From positions 1 to 64,000 of the forward strand of contig MU058059.1 in the NCBI GenBank assembly GCA_013265495.1: DNA of 64,000 nucleotides. The letters run 5' to 3'. Within the stretch, counting starts at the first letter, position 1; every line of letters begins with the position of its first letter. Under the pieces are notes generated by a model. That model saw only the letters and a list, made by a program, of their open reading frames with translations, did no database searches and was not told the DNA's origin. Both the position numbers and the translations under genes were made by a program. This document shows positions 1 to 13,479 of this stretch, one piece after another. Source of the DNA: Vicugna vicugna. Taxonomy: Eukaryota.

Positions 1-466
1 TTTTTCTTTTTTTGATCTAAGCCTCCTAAGATGGGAGGAAGTAGATGTCTCCAGTTCTACTTGGACATTTGGAGAAATTCAAGGAAGGGGACTCTCAAAA
101 GCAGAGGGACAAGGAACCAGTCCACGCAAGATCGGAATATTTGTGACTTGATCTTATCTTGAATAGAAAAGAAAGGTTCTTTGTTTAAAAGGCTTCTGAC
201 CGATGTCTGTCCTTTGGACTTCTAAACCTTCCCCTCATTGTTTTATAAAAATGACCTATTAATTAACTTAGTGTTTGTTAAAAGGAAGTGAGCTTTCCCG
301 GATCTCTAAGGATTCTCCATTAATTTGTAGAGCTGGGGCCCAAACAAGCAAAGGGCTAGGGCTCGGTGCCCTGAGCTCTTATTCTGACCTTGCCTCCAGT
401 GAGGGGCCCAGCTCAGCACTTTGGGCCTTAGTTTTCCTATCTTAATATGGGTCCTGTGGATTAGAT

Positions 467-686
467 CAGGGGTGACAGCCTTTTCCAGTAAAGGGCCAGA
501 GAGTAAATATTTTTGGCTTTCTGGACCACACGGTTTCTGCAGCAGCTGCTCAGTTCTGCTGTTAAAAGGCAAATGCAGCCACAGACAATATGTGAACAGA
601 TGGGTGACTTTGTGCCAATAAAACTTTATTTACAAAAGTAGGCAGTGGGTTAGATTTGGCCCATAGGTGGTCACGAGCAGACCCTG
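467..686. mobile_element. MER58A-like hAT-Charlie non-autonomous DNA transposon
   Basis: CAGGGGT...ACCCTG termini; characteristic gtaaagggccaga..gtaaatattt and ccaataaaactttatttacaaaa segments. Confidence 0.75.
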
Positions 687-1050
687 AATCTAAAAAAGCT
701 GAACTCATAGAAACAGAGAGTAGAGTGGTGGTTCCCAGGGTTGGAGGGTGGAGAAAATGTGGAGACAGTGGTCAAAGAAACAAACCTCCAGCTAGAAGAT
801 GAGTAAGTTCTGGAGTTCAGATGCACAGAATCGTGATGACAGTCAACAATACTGTTTTACACTCAAGGTTGCTAAGAGACTAGATCTTAAATGTTCTCAC
901 CACAAAAGAGAAATGATAATTATGTTACGCCGTGGAGGTGTTAGCTAGCACTATGGTGGTAATCACGTAGCAATACATAAATATATAAAATCAACGCATC
1001 CCACTCCTTGAACTTACTCGATGTAATCTGTCAATTACATCACAGTAAAA
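687..1050 (+). mobile_element. Old LINE-1 (L1MA-type) 3' UTR fragment
   Basis: aatctaaaaaagctgaactcatagaaacagagagtaga...gttgctaagagactagatcttaaatgttctcaccac. Confidence 0.75.
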
Positions 1051-3679
1051 CAAGTATTTTCTGCATCTTCTCTCACCTTTTTGTCTTTCCATTATTGAAT
1101 GTCTACTATGTGTATTGCAAATATAAATCACTGCCTTCACGTTGCCCTGTTCAAGAGCTTGTGTGTTTAGGATTAGTTGGTGGTGGTGGATGGTGGGGGA
1201 GCAGGGTGTAGGGGACTGGAGTGTAGGGTGGTGAAGGTAGGTTTCATGTGATCTCCTAGATAGGATGGCTGCCTGGCTGTGATGACCCAAACTTGTGAGA
1301 ACTCCTGGGATGTTAGCCCTGACCTCAGGCTATCTTAAAGGGTAACTGCTTTTGCAAACGGAGCAAGCCTTGAGTAGGTGTGTCAGAGCTGGAAGAGCGT
1401 GTCTCTATTTAAGTGAACATATGATCTCTCTTGTAAGGAAAATCAGACTGAAAATAGGTGCTGTGAGCATCATGGCCCCCAGACACACTCAAGAGGGCAA
1501 ACGGTGTTGGCTCCCGCCCAGAGGGATGCCCTGTCCCAGGCTCTCACCGCCCTGCCCGGGGGCTCCCAGAGACCAGTTCAACTCCATCCACTTCTAAGAG
1601 CTTCCCCTAATAAAAGAATATGGCACACAGGCAAAACTTCAAGAGCAACAGTGTGGCATAGCATTACTCTTTATAAAAATTGTATTATGGCTACATAAAG
1701 CTTGTGATTTCAAAGTGAAAACTTTTCTTGAAAGACCAGAAAATCATCTGTCATGATAGTTTGCCTATTTCTGTCAAAGAGTATTATTTTAATTCAGATA
1801 TTATGCTGGCTCTTAAAATCACGAAAAGCAATAAATGCTTATTCAAAAAACCTCCCTCTTTCCATTCCACCTGACCCTCCCACCTACTACTTGCTGGGTG
1901 ATCACGGCAAACGATTTATTGTGTCCTTCCTGACCACGTACGTGTCTGTGGACCTGTATGTGTGTGTCTACCGGCGAGACAATGTTTTTGCTTATTTTGG
2001 CTCCTGGGATCACCAGATTCAAGTCTGTCTAAGCTACAATGTGATAATGCTTTTGATAGACCCCAGATGCTTAGTGCAGGAAGTAAAAAGAACCCTCTTA
2101 AATGCATACAACTGCACACAGATACTCTAAGGAGGCCAGTCCGATCTGCTACTCCGAAGCGGAGGTGTGGGTATATTACTAGCAGCAAGCTCTACTTTTC
2201 CCTGAAATCTTCAGATGATTGAAGTAAGGGTGTTTGTTTTCCCTTACTCATGGGGGTAACTGTCCACTTTAAATTTTTACTTTCCTGCGATAGTGCTAAA
2301 CTCCTAGTCCCAGGTGTAATGATTTACATAGAAATTTGTTGAATCTATTAGATGGAGAGATATCTGGGTGCTTGAAACAGATAAGCTGAGATAATATAAG
2401 ATTCTGTCATAGTTAGATAAGCCAAAAAGGCAATAACCCAAAAGATGCATCACTATAAACCACTCCTTCGCTCAGTTCCTGATTGGCCCCAATTTGCTAG
2501 GATAAATCTCTGTTAATCCTTGGTCCCATTACTGGGGGCTCCTTAGGGCCACTTAGAGCCAAGACCATCTTCATGACTCTCCCGTGTGGCAACAAGACAC
2601 TTTTGTGGACTTTGCAGATTCATTTTGCTAATGCGACAAAAGGACAAGGCTGGAAGAGAAAAGCTTACCTAGTATATTTTCTTGAAAATTTGAACAATTT
2701 AAAATGGCTGACCCCAAAGTCAAAGCCTTAGAATGTGGACTGGGGTGGGGGAAAAGTTACAGCTAATCACTGCAGTTGACAAAAATGAAGAATTTTTTTT
2801 TCCGAGCAAAGGGAAGTTTAGGAAAAATGAAATCTGTTGTGAGCATCCAAGAACAATGAGCAAAGGAGAAACTGACGTCATGTCCTAGTGAACACGGATG
2901 TAAATTTGACCTTGTTCATGGGGGAAATGGTTAAAATTAGAGCAGTGATTTCCTGATTTCCATTCTTTCAAAAATTAGTAGGTCCTATGAGAAAGTAGAT
3001 TTTCTGTGTTTTCTACAGGATATTATATTTGATTGGATGTCAGAAGGAAACCAGTAGAAGAAGAAAATTAATATGATAGCACTGAGATCATGTGAGAGAG
3101 AGAAGTAAAATTTGTGTGTTTGAGAGAGAGAGACAGAGACGGTGGGGTGAGGAGGGAACATAGGATTTATGACAACAGTAGAATGAAGGGCACAGAATAA
3201 CATAAAATAATGACTTTTTTTTTAAAGAACAAATCTATGGAATAGAGAAACTATAAGAAGTGCTATTAGAACTTGGAAGGGCTTACTTAGAATCTACCAT
3301 CATGTTTAGTCCTTAAATTGCTCATTCTTCCACAGCTGTGAAGGTGACATACCAGAAGGCTTAGGCTGATGACTAAGGGTGAAGTCGCCAGCTGCCCTGT
3401 ACCCAGATCTGCTGTTTGATGCCTCACCAGTCCCAGCAACAAGCCCTATCTTCCTGCCCCGAAACCCCGCAGCTGCAGCGGAGCCTGGAGCCTTCCCACC
3501 CAGACGGCAGCAGGGGGCCGGGTGGGGCTTAGGACCAGGCACAGGGAGCCCAAGGTGGAGAAGATGCAGTCACCTCCGCCCACAGAAGGCCTCTGGCTAA
3601 AACCCCTGCAATTTAATTTATATTCTAAATGGAACAGCAGAGGACTCCCTCCCAGGCCCCACCCACCTCCTTCTCTGAT

Positions 3680-3828
3680 AGGCTCGTCAGCTTTATCAAA
3701 CACTCCAAACACTACAATTAATTTCGTAGGTCCCATGTGCTATTCAGGAGATACTTATACTACAAAACGATCCACCATGTATCTGAAATTCACATTTAAC
3801 AGGCAACCTGGATTTTATCTGATGACTT
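3680..3828. mobile_element. MER53-like hAT MITE fragment
   Basis: gtcccat...atacttatacta...tatctgaaattcacatttaac...ctggattttatctg resembles the MER53 right arm. Confidence 0.55.
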
Positions 3829-5499
3829 GATTGTTTGAATTCTGGGAACCCCCGGGGTATCTGGGAAGGCTCTTAGGGAGGTCAGAACAGGGGTATGTGG
3901 AGTAAAGAGCACTGCACAAGAACTGATGCAGGAGGTATCAGACAATTATCTCTTAAATGACAAAACACAAAATCCTCTTCGCTGATCAGAAACCTGCCAT
4001 CCCAGAGTCTCTTGTCACTTTACCCAAAACACTGCCCCCTGAGGAGGAGGGAGTCAGAGGCCCTCTTCCTTCCCCTGGCCCTTCTGGGCAAGGATCTGCA
4101 TTTTGTGTGTTTAAGGAGCAATTTCAGCACAGAAGAGCAGCGGGCGGGCTATGAGACCGTTACACAGAGGAAGGGACCGGACACCGGGGAGGGCTGTGTG
4201 CGGGGTGCAGGCGGGGACACGGCAGACACCAAAGACGCAGTGACGCCAGAGAGGCACAGGCAGAGCTTCAAGCTACACTTACTGCACGGATGTAAACACG
4301 CACAAATATGCCCATGAATGAATTAAAAATGCCTGCGTTTCCTGAATCAACCTTCCTTAATTTATTAACCTCACGCCTTGCCTGAGGCTATTCTTTCAGA
4401 ATTTCCTAGTGAGCAAGAATGCACATCCACCACCTCTGGTAGGTGACAGCCAGCCAGGGCCAGAGTTGCGGGGCCAGAGCAACGTCTAGAAGCATTTTTC
4501 CCCTTAATGCTGAAATCCTAATTTTCATTGGCCCAGAATGATTTCCTATGGTTTTGCCTCTAATTTTTTTTTTCAAATTCCTCTCTCAGTCCTGTATTTC
4601 TAGTTAGTAGGATTTCAAATCAGGTTTGAGGGCCTATTAATATTAATTCTCAAACTTGTAAAAGTTCTAGGCCATGTGATAATGACTGACGTTTGAGGCA
4701 CTTAGAACAAAAATTGAATAATATTCTGGTACAGATTTTTCCTTCTCATTAATTCATTATTTATCTTGACTCTTGGTTTGACAGTCTCTTTGTAGAATTA
4801 CTCTTTACTAGAGTTATGCTGAACTCAAAGTTAAGACTAGTTAAGGTGGAGGGGATATTCTTCTTGGACCCAAATGTTATTTGGGAAAAAAAAAAACCAC
4901 CCTGAAACTCAAAAAACAACACATACTCTGTCATACATAATCCATGATTCTATTCCTAGGCAGCTTCCAGGACCGTGGAAACCAGTTAAGCGCTTCTGTG
5001 TCTCTCTGACTCAAATCTGATAAAAGTACAGTTTATGGGCACAAACCTAAATTCGGTTTAGAGGGAAAAGGAAGTGCTGTGTATGTATAGATAGGAGGTT
5101 TTGAAATCATGAGATAAATTTACCTTCTATTCTAATAGAAGAAAACTCATGAAATGTGCAATCAGTGTTACTAGATCATCCATTTCTTCCTTATTTTTTC
5201 ATAGTGACATTTCAGGTCTTGGGAGATATTTTGGGATTAAAAACGCATTCCAACTCCATTTATGTTCCACAATCAGGGGTCACACCCTTAGAAGTCAAGG
5301 CCGGATTATGGAGAGGAAGAGTTAGTGGGGACGAGCCTGCCGGCTCCAAGGATGCTGTGTCGGGGTCTTGGGAAGACCCCACCCCACCCCCCGGGCTGCC
5401 CCCTCTGGTCCCATAGTTGCAGTTTCCTCTGCTGACACCAGAGAAGGAGATGCAGAAAGAAGGGGGTGCGTGAATGTGGCCAGAGGCTGGGGATGGAGG

Positions 5500-6020
5500 C
5501 GGGCAGGGAGGCAAAGCCATCGCTCTGCAGGGCGCGGCGGCGTTCGGCTCCCCGGGACTGTGTGGTGACAGCGAGGACGCCACGTGCGGCGTCCAGGGGC
5601 CGTCGTGCCGCAGCCGGCGCGCGGGGCCGGGCGGGCGGCGGCGCGGGGACGGCTGCGCCCACTCACCGGTGCTGCTCTGGATGGTCCTCACGGTGGTGGT
5701 GGTGCGCGGCGGGGAGGAGGACCGCAGGGACACGCACTCGTCGTCCTGCGAGCAGCCCTTCTCGATGGCGCGCACGTAGCTGTGGCTCCGCATGCGGAAG
5801 CAGCCGGGCATCGGCAGGTCCAGGGCCTCCACCGCCTGCGACTCCAGCTCGCTGAACACCGACTCGCACACCGACTCGAACTGCCCGTTCACCTCCATCT
5901 CGCTCACCTGCCGGCGAGAAGGCTCCGGTGACGCCGCGCTCCCCCGCCGGGGAGAAGCCGCCTCGGCCCCAGCATCTCCAAACTTCATCCCCGGCAGAAC
6001 GCCCCGTCCGTGACGTTCAG
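5500..6020. promoter_or_regulatory. CpG island over exon C and flanks
   Basis: Very high GC and CpG density extending about 150 bp into the downstream and 100 bp into the upstream intron. Confidence 0.8.
5667..5907 (-). CDS. DLGAP1: DLGAP1 coding exon C (241 nt, phase 0 to 1): VSEMEVNGQFESVCESVFSELESQAVEALDLPMPGCFRMRSHSYVRAIEKGCSQDDECVSLRSSSPPRTTTTVRTIQSST; GK-binding repeat 5
   Basis: Within ORF 5260..5988(-); acceptor ccttctcgccggcag|GTG, donor ACCG|gtgagt (GT at 5666-5665); peptide recognised as SAPAP1. Confidence 0.96.
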
Positions 6021-7217
6021 CTCAAATGCGTTTTACTTCCTCTATCTTACAGACCGCGATTAAATGGCAGCTCGTTTATCATCAAGCAGACAGTTAAATT
6101 CTAGAGAACGAGAGCTTTGTTTTCAGGACGCAAGGAAGTGTGGGGTTGGGAAGTCTTTCTCCATTGCACGCCCGAGGTGCTCATTCATTCCCCCTCATTT
6201 AGAAATGCGAACCTAGGGGGCAATTTGGGGCCCGCGGTCAGAGCACATGTATTTCAACGGAACCGTGTTTAGTACAAACGTTTAGAAACTAGTATTTTTA
6301 TTGTGCTTCTGGAAGTGACCAATTCGTGGAACCATTTCAGGGTCGACTGGTGCTTAATTTAGTGCAAAGTATGGAAACAGGCCCTATATTTTCTGGCAAG
6401 ATACCCACATTCTGCACAAAAATAGGCCAAACCTAGATACGTCAAAACCTTGAAAAGCACTATTGGGATTTTCAAACTATCTACATATGACCTAAAGGAG
6501 GTTCCACTCTTCATTATAAAAAGCTGACATAGCCCACAGGTTGTTTATAAATGTGTTTTAAAAACCTTCCAAATGGGGTCTTCCTTTTTTGAGGAATTAC
6601 TTTTTATTTTCTTATATTCCTCTGACACAACTTACATTGGATTTGAGCACCACCTTAAAACAAAAAAACAAAAACAAAAACAAAAGCCAACAACTCCGAC
6701 CAGATGTTTCAATCAGTTTCTCACTTTGCAGCTGACTTGATAGAGGTGTAGGAGCAGTCTTCAAATTTCTACTACCTTCTGGAACTTCATGTGTCTAATT
6801 TCTTTAATACCAAACTCATGAGTAGTTGAAAATTTAACAGATTAAACTATAATTTAACTTAGAGCGTATGCTGAAAATGATTGCAATTTTGACTCTCTTC
6901 ATTTTGTGTTATCTGAAGATGCTCTCCAATAATGACTAATTTCTTTAAACTTCAGATAAAAAAGACTAATTATCTTAGGCATATCAAGTGGAAAAGAGGC
7001 ATGTATTTCTTAATAATAATTCTTTGCACTCTAAAGTATCATTTTATACTGAAGTATACTTTCTCTAATTTGGTATGAAACCCCCGTATGTTTTCAAGGC
7101 TAATAGTTCTGTATGTCCATATCGTCTGAGTTCTCCCCCTTTTTATGTTGTTAGGAGTCATTTACACCCCATGCCTAGATGCATTCATTCATTAGGGGCT
7201 CCAAAATGGTTTTATTC

Positions 7218-7914
7218 CTCCCCCCCTTTTATTGAAGTATAATTGATTTACAATGTTGTATTAGTTTCCGGTGTACAGCATAGTGATTCAGTTATACACA
7301 TATGTATATACATATTCTTTTTCTTATTCTTTTTCATCATCAGTTACTACAAGCCACTGAATATAGTTCCCTGCTATACAGTAGGACTTTTTTTTTTTTA
7401 TCTATTCTGTACGTAGTAGTTTGTATCTGCCAATCCCAAACTCTCGATTTATCCCTCCTTCCCCTCTTTCCTCCCTGGTAACCATAAGTTTGTTTTCTGT
7501 GTCTGTGAATCTCTTCCTGTTTTGTAAGTAAGTTCTTTTGCGTCATTCTTTTTAGATTCCACACATAAGTGCTGTCATATGGCATTTGTCTTTCTCTCAC
7601 TGACTTCACTTAGTATGGTCATCTCTGGGTGCATCCATGTTGCTACAAATGACATTATTTCTTTCCTTTTTATGGCCGAGTAGTATTCCATTGTATAAAT
7701 ATACCACAGCTTCTTTATCCAGTCACCTATCAGTGGACACTTGGGTTGCTTCCATGTCTTAGTTATTGTAAATAGTGCTGCTGTGAACATTGGGGTGCAT
7801 GCATCTTTTCAAATTAAGAGTTTTCTCTGGATATAAGCCCAAGAGTGGGATTGCTGGATCATTCGGTAACTCTATTTTTAAGGAACCTCCATACTGTTCT
7901 CCATAGTGGCTGCA
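7218..7914 (-). mobile_element. 5'-truncated cetartiodactyl-type LINE-1 (ORF2 C-terminus plus 3' UTR) with degenerate TSD
   Basis: ORF 7575..7790(-) MFTAALFTITKTWKQPKCP...WIKKLWYIYTMEYYSAIK is the L1 ORF2 end; flanks aaaatggttttattc (7203-7217) and aaaatagtgttattc (7915-7929), 13/15 identical. Confidence 0.92.
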
Positions 7915-7929
7915 AAAATAGTGTTATTC

Positions 7930-8715
7930 TTAATTTCACCGATTTTTATAGTCACTAGTTGGAATATTTTTTATATAAAGAAATGCTTCCTTTTCTGTTA
8001 TCTGGTTACTTAGTGGGTTTAGTTCATGTAGGTACAGCAGGATGTTTGATTTTTTTCCTTTTATTTACTAATTTTTAAGACAATAAATTTGTTCTCTTGT
8101 ATCTACCAAGTGTGATCAATTAATTTTTAAAAATATCAAAATGAACTTATAAATTTAAAAATATTTGGTGGTTTTAAAATTACTTCAATGGTTATTCTTA
8201 CTGAACTCAAATTTGTCTCATCTTTGGCCAGTGGGAACCTCTTAGGTTGTCTCCTGAGTCCTTCTGACATGAGACAAGTGGCCCTGAGAGCTTCCTTAAC
8301 ATCTGGTGTGACAAGGTATTCAAAGCTCATCTTCTATCTTTCCTGCCCAGTCCTGAAATCAGTACTTTTCCCAAAAGCCTTTTCTTCCTTTAGTGGGAAA
8401 TGGTATCTCAGGAATGCAATTTGGATGTCACAGCTGGGTTGGCCATTGTTTCCAGGCCTCTCAGGGGGCAGGACTGTGGTATGAATACCTCTAATGCAAA
8501 TTCAAACTGCAGTGTTTTTCTGTGGCTTCTTATATATTTTACTCATATCTTCATTCCATATGAAAAACCCTGGTTTTCTAGGACGCAGAAGATGACAGGA
8601 CTGGGAAGCTCTACAGTTATTCATTTGCTTCCTGCCACAGTACATGCACATCAGTGCCGGAACTGCATCCCAAGGCCACCACTGCCCATACCGTTACTGA
8701 AAACAGCTCACAATT
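7930..8715 (-). mobile_element. Ancient L1 (L1MC/ME-type) 3' fragment
   Basis: ctcctgagtccttctgacatg...ctcatcttctatctttcctgcccagtcctgaaatcagt...ttagtgggaaatggtat pattern. Confidence 0.5.
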
Positions 8716-8717
8716 CC

Positions 8718-8850
8718 TTTTTTTATTTTTTATTTTATTTTTGTTAGGAGGGATGTAATTTGGTTTATTTTTAGAGGAGGTACTGGGGATTGAACCTAGG
8801 ACCTCATGTATGCTAAGCATGTGCTCTACCACTGAGCTATACACCCACAC
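8718..8850 (-). mobile_element. tRNA-derived SINE, Vic-1-like (camelid)
   Basis: Minus: GGGTGTATAGCTCAGTGGTAGAGCACATGCTTAGCATACATGAGGTCCTAGGTTCAATCCCCAGTACCTCC with Pol III A/B boxes and an A-rich tail. Confidence 0.8.
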
Positions 8851-9313
8851 TCCCGCCCCCCATTATCAAGACCCAGTTGAAGTAAATAGGTCCTATGTGG
8901 CTTCCCCATGCCTAGGCCCCGTCTTGCTGGCCTGCTGAATACTTGTACTTTTCTGACTAGACACTGCCTTGGTTTGGCCAGTGATGTCTACTACCCTGTC
9001 CTTCTATCCTTCAAACATCCTTACAGCTGAAGCCGCCTCCATCCAATGGCAAATCTTCTGGTGCTGACTGACAGCTAATGAATTTAGGCGGACTCCCCCG
9101 CTATGTGCTTTACCGTCTGCAGAGGGCCCCTTCCCTGCTGGTCGACTGTTGGTTATCAGGAGCCTGTTGTGGCTGAACACATGTAGCGTTTACACCCGAC
9201 CCCTGGCTGACCCATCAGTGCCACTCGGCGGCCGACAGCCCCCTCATGTCCCGCCCTCCGGGTTTCCGCCCACCCTGGTGCAGACCCGGCCGGCGGCACC
9301 CGCAGGGGCTCAC

Positions 9314-9491
9314 CTGGCTGATGGTACTCATGGCTCGCATGTAGCTCTCGTTCCTGGAGCGGAACTTCGGGGACGTGAGCAGACCCGCAGGGTCAAGGCT
9401 GTCCAGGCTTCGGTTGATGGAGACTTCACTGACCGCCCTCAGGTAACTGTGACTCCGGATCTGGAGTTTGGGGGAGTGTTCATTGGAAATC
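9314..9491 (-). CDS. DLGAP1: DLGAP1 coding exon B (178 nt, phase 2 to 0): (K)ISNEHSPKLQIRSHSYLRAVSEVSINRSLDSLDPAGLLTSPKFRSRNESYMRAMSTISQ; GK-binding repeats 3-4
   Basis: Within ORF 9215..9505(-); acceptor ttgttctcttccag|G, donor CAG|gtgagc; AA from exon A plus G completes the Lys codon and keeps frame. Confidence 0.96.
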
Positions 9492-10049
9492 CTGGAAGAG
9501 AACAACGGAAAATGTGTGTTTAGTCATTTTACAAAATGCAGGCAGGAATAAGATCTGGCAGCCCTGTGATTGACGCGTCACCCTGAATCCCAGGCAGCTG
9601 ATGCCTCCTGTGGCTGCTAAACTCCCTCATGGGGTCTTGGAAAGAAAACTTCTGCTGGGAAATCATTGAGATCCAATGACATTAGAAAGCAACTGTAATT
9701 CTTTCAACCCATGAAATCATTGCCCCAGTCACATTTTCCTAGGCATCCTGGAAGTGAGGTTGTAGCTGTCACTGCCCCGCCCCAGAATTCTGCCCCATGT
9801 AATTTGCAAGCTTTTCTTTTGTACCCATTTCTCTTCTGTGCCATTTGTCTGTTTTTGGAGTTTCTAATGACTATAAGCGAGTGTCTATCTAGAACTGTAT
9901 TATTATCTCTAGCTCTCAATTAATCTTTTTAAAAAATTTATTTTATTTTATTTTTTATTTTTTAATTCAAGTATAGTGAGTTACAATATGTCAATTTATG
10001 TAATGAATGCAGTACCCAAATGAATAAATTTGCATTACTAGCAATAACT

Positions 10050-10660
10050 AAACAATAATAACTAAAATGAAAAATTTACTCAAGGGGCTAATAGCAAGTC
10101 CCTTCTTGAAGAAGAATCAGTAAACCTGAAGAGAGATTATGCAGGCTGAGAAATAGAAAGAAAGGGAATAATGAGAAATGAACAGAACTTCAAAGACTTG
10201 TGGGACACCATCAAATACACCAACATACATGTAACTGGAGTTCCAGAAGGAGAGGTAGACAATATATTTGAAGAATTGGGGATCAAAAACTCCCCAAATC
10301 TGATGAAAACTCTAATCTACATGTCCAAGAACCTTGAAAAACTCAAAATAATAAAAACTTAATGAGACCCACACCTGGCCATATCCTTGTCAAAGTGTCA
10401 AAAGGCAAAGACAATGAGAAAATCTTGAAAGCAAAAAGAGAAATGACTCATCGCTTGCAAGGAATCATCACTAAGATTAAAAACTGACTTATCAGAAACC
10501 ATGGATGCTAGAGGGCATTGAGATGAAATAGTCTAAGTGCTGGGGGAAAAAAAAAGATTGTCAACAAAGAAGTCTACATGCAGAAGAACTATCTTTCAGA
10601 AAAGAAGGGGAAGTTAAGACATTCCCAGAGAAATTGACTGAGAGATTCATTGCCACCACA
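10050..10660 (+). mobile_element. Old LINE-1 ORF1 remnant
   Basis: ORF 10171..10362 NEQNFKDLWDTIKYTNIHVTGVPEGE matches the L1 ORF1p RRM region; decayed further along. Confidence 0.85.
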
Positions 10661-12264
10661 TAGAGCCCTTTTTCCAAATTTTGCTTCTTTTGCAAGACCA
10701 TGTTGTTCTGGAAACATTCATTTTCCTCCTGTTTCTTAGAATTGTAACTTCATAAAGAGACCCACTTCACCAATGATCAGCCCCGTCAGAAGAACGCAGC
10801 TTAGACCCGGGGCAACTTCTACAGTGTAAGGTACAAACTGAAGGAACACACACCTATAGACCCCTTGCTATCGTCTGTCTGTCCTTCCTCCAGAAATATC
10901 TGACTCGGGCAAGACTGGCAGTGTCACTGCTGTTTGGCAGTGCGCTGCCAAGTGTCTCAGACCTTGCTGTCTCAGGGTTCGGAGTGGGGTAAAGGGGAGT
11001 TGAGGAAATAATCTTGGGGCCTCTTCTTGGCTCCATTAACTTTGCTCTGTAGACAAACAAACAAACAAACAAAAAACAAAAAAACTCTGCGATAGGTGGG
11101 GATTACTGACTACTCAACGAGAGAGACTATCAGAGAAGCACAGGCTTATTACCTGCAAGGCCATATACACGCTAGAAGCGGGGATAATTCATGTGAGTTA
11201 TGAAGTGGGCCTTGTCCAAAACAGAAGTGCAGCTCTTTTCACAATAATTCATCAGCCATGGAAAATTTCAGCATAAAATGCAATTCTTCCAGTGTGCCAA
11301 ATGTGTTTACCCATCCTATTTAGACTCTTCTGATCCTGGGAATTCAAACATTTTTTTCTCAAAGTCTCCAGACTGTGCAACGTTAAATGGAAAGTAAAAC
11401 CAACCAGAGGCCGGCTCTTCGTGATGCTTGTGCCAAGTGCGATGGAGGACCCACGATTCCTGCCTCTGATAACGGCCGGCTCCAGGCTGAGGCAGACAGG
11501 CAGGGCTGACTGCAAGATAATCTGTGTTAACACTTATGACAGACGTTCAAAAAAGCAGCAAGAAGAGGGTGGAAAAAGAAGAGGCTCCTTTGGCGTGGAG
11601 GCATCGGGAAGAGCTTCGGAGGGAAGATGGCTTGGGCTTAGACTCTGAATGGCACACTGTCGCCAGGGGAAAGCGGGCCAGACCGAAGGCAGGCCAGGCC
11701 CAGGGAGCGGAAGCTGGGGGGCACAGGGCGCAGGACAGGGCCTGGGACGGCGGGCAGCTCGGGGGCTGGCGTGTGCAGGGCTGAGCTTGCTCTCCTCAGA
11801 GGCTTATTGAAGTTACAATTGCCTGCTGACCAGCCTCCCCCATGAAACAGTAAGTTCCTGGGGACGGCGGCCATCTGGGGTCACGGGAATCTATGGGCAT
11901 CTCGCACTGCTCTCCCAAAGCTCAGCGCAGTGGCCGGTGTACATTAAGCCTCCTTAAATATTCACTGAGTGAGAGGGGAGCGGTGATGGGGTCCGAAGGC
12001 CTCCAAGACATTGTGACAAGAGGCCCAGTGATACCCCGATGAAGACCTGAAAAGAATTAGGGCACTGCAGAAGGTGAAGAGCCAAGAGGCATTGTCGGGT
12101 GCTGAGAGATGACCTTAGGTTTCCATTCTTGGGTGATGGAGGGCAGGACGGTAATTCAGAGAAAATGTGACTTGCTGCAGGGGGGGCAGTTGCCTTTAGC
12201 ACAGGTGGTTTCACAGTGGGGAGCTCACTTTGCTGGACTTGGTCTGTATCCGATGAACCTAGCT

Positions 12265-12562
12265 TTTTTAAAAAAAGTTTTAAATTGAAGTACAGTCCAT
12301 TACAGTGTGCGATTTCTGGTGCACAGCACAATGTTCCAGTCATGCATACACATACATATATGTGTTTTCATATTCTTTTTCATTAATGGTTATTGCAAGA
12401 TATTAAACATAGTTGCCTGTGCTGTACAGAAGAAACTTTTTTAAAATCTATTTTTATATATAGTGGCTAATGTTTGAAAATCTCAAACTCTCAAATGTAT
12501 TCCTTCCCTCCCCCCTTTCCTGGTAACCATAAGATTCCTTACTATGTCTGTGAGTCTGTGTA
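12265..12562 (-). mobile_element. LINE-1 3' UTR fragment
   Basis: attgaagtacag...ctggtaaccataag...tatgtctgtgagtctgt, same family as 7218-7914. Confidence 0.85.
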
Positions 12563-12819
12563 TTATTTTTACGACTACATGGGAATCTCCAATTACACCA
12601 AAATAAAAATTTAATAAAAAAATAATTCTATCCTTGGACAATTGATGAGTTAGAATGTAGAAGAAAGTTAATAATGTGATTCCTCACCTAGTCCAAAGGT
12701 GGATGCTAGAGCTGTGTTCATGCCTGAGAACAAGCAGAATGAAGTTAGTCCCCAAATTTTTAAACTTTGCCATGGTGAAGCGGGGTCTGTCTGTGTGCCA
12801 ATGAGTAATGTATGCTTTA

Positions 12820-13450
<631 letters not shown>

Positions 13451-13479
13451 GAAAATGTAAGCACACAGACAGAAAAAAC

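Noticed and set aside
5260..5988. 242-aa ORF as a standalone gene
   Set aside because: Only 5667-5907 is DLGAP1 exon; the flanks are stop-poor GC-rich intron beyond canonical splice sites
5306..6013. Many overlapping ORFs on both strands
   Set aside because: Expected in a CpG island; low-complexity Arg/Pro/Gly/Ala peptides
8770..8850. tRNA gene (also 51024-51100)
   Set aside because: A/B boxes are present but the cloverleaf is degenerate, with an A-rich tail and, for the second copy, a TSD: these are SINEs
9571..9580. Palindrome TGACGCGTCA near exon B
   Set aside because: Single 10-mer with no supporting context
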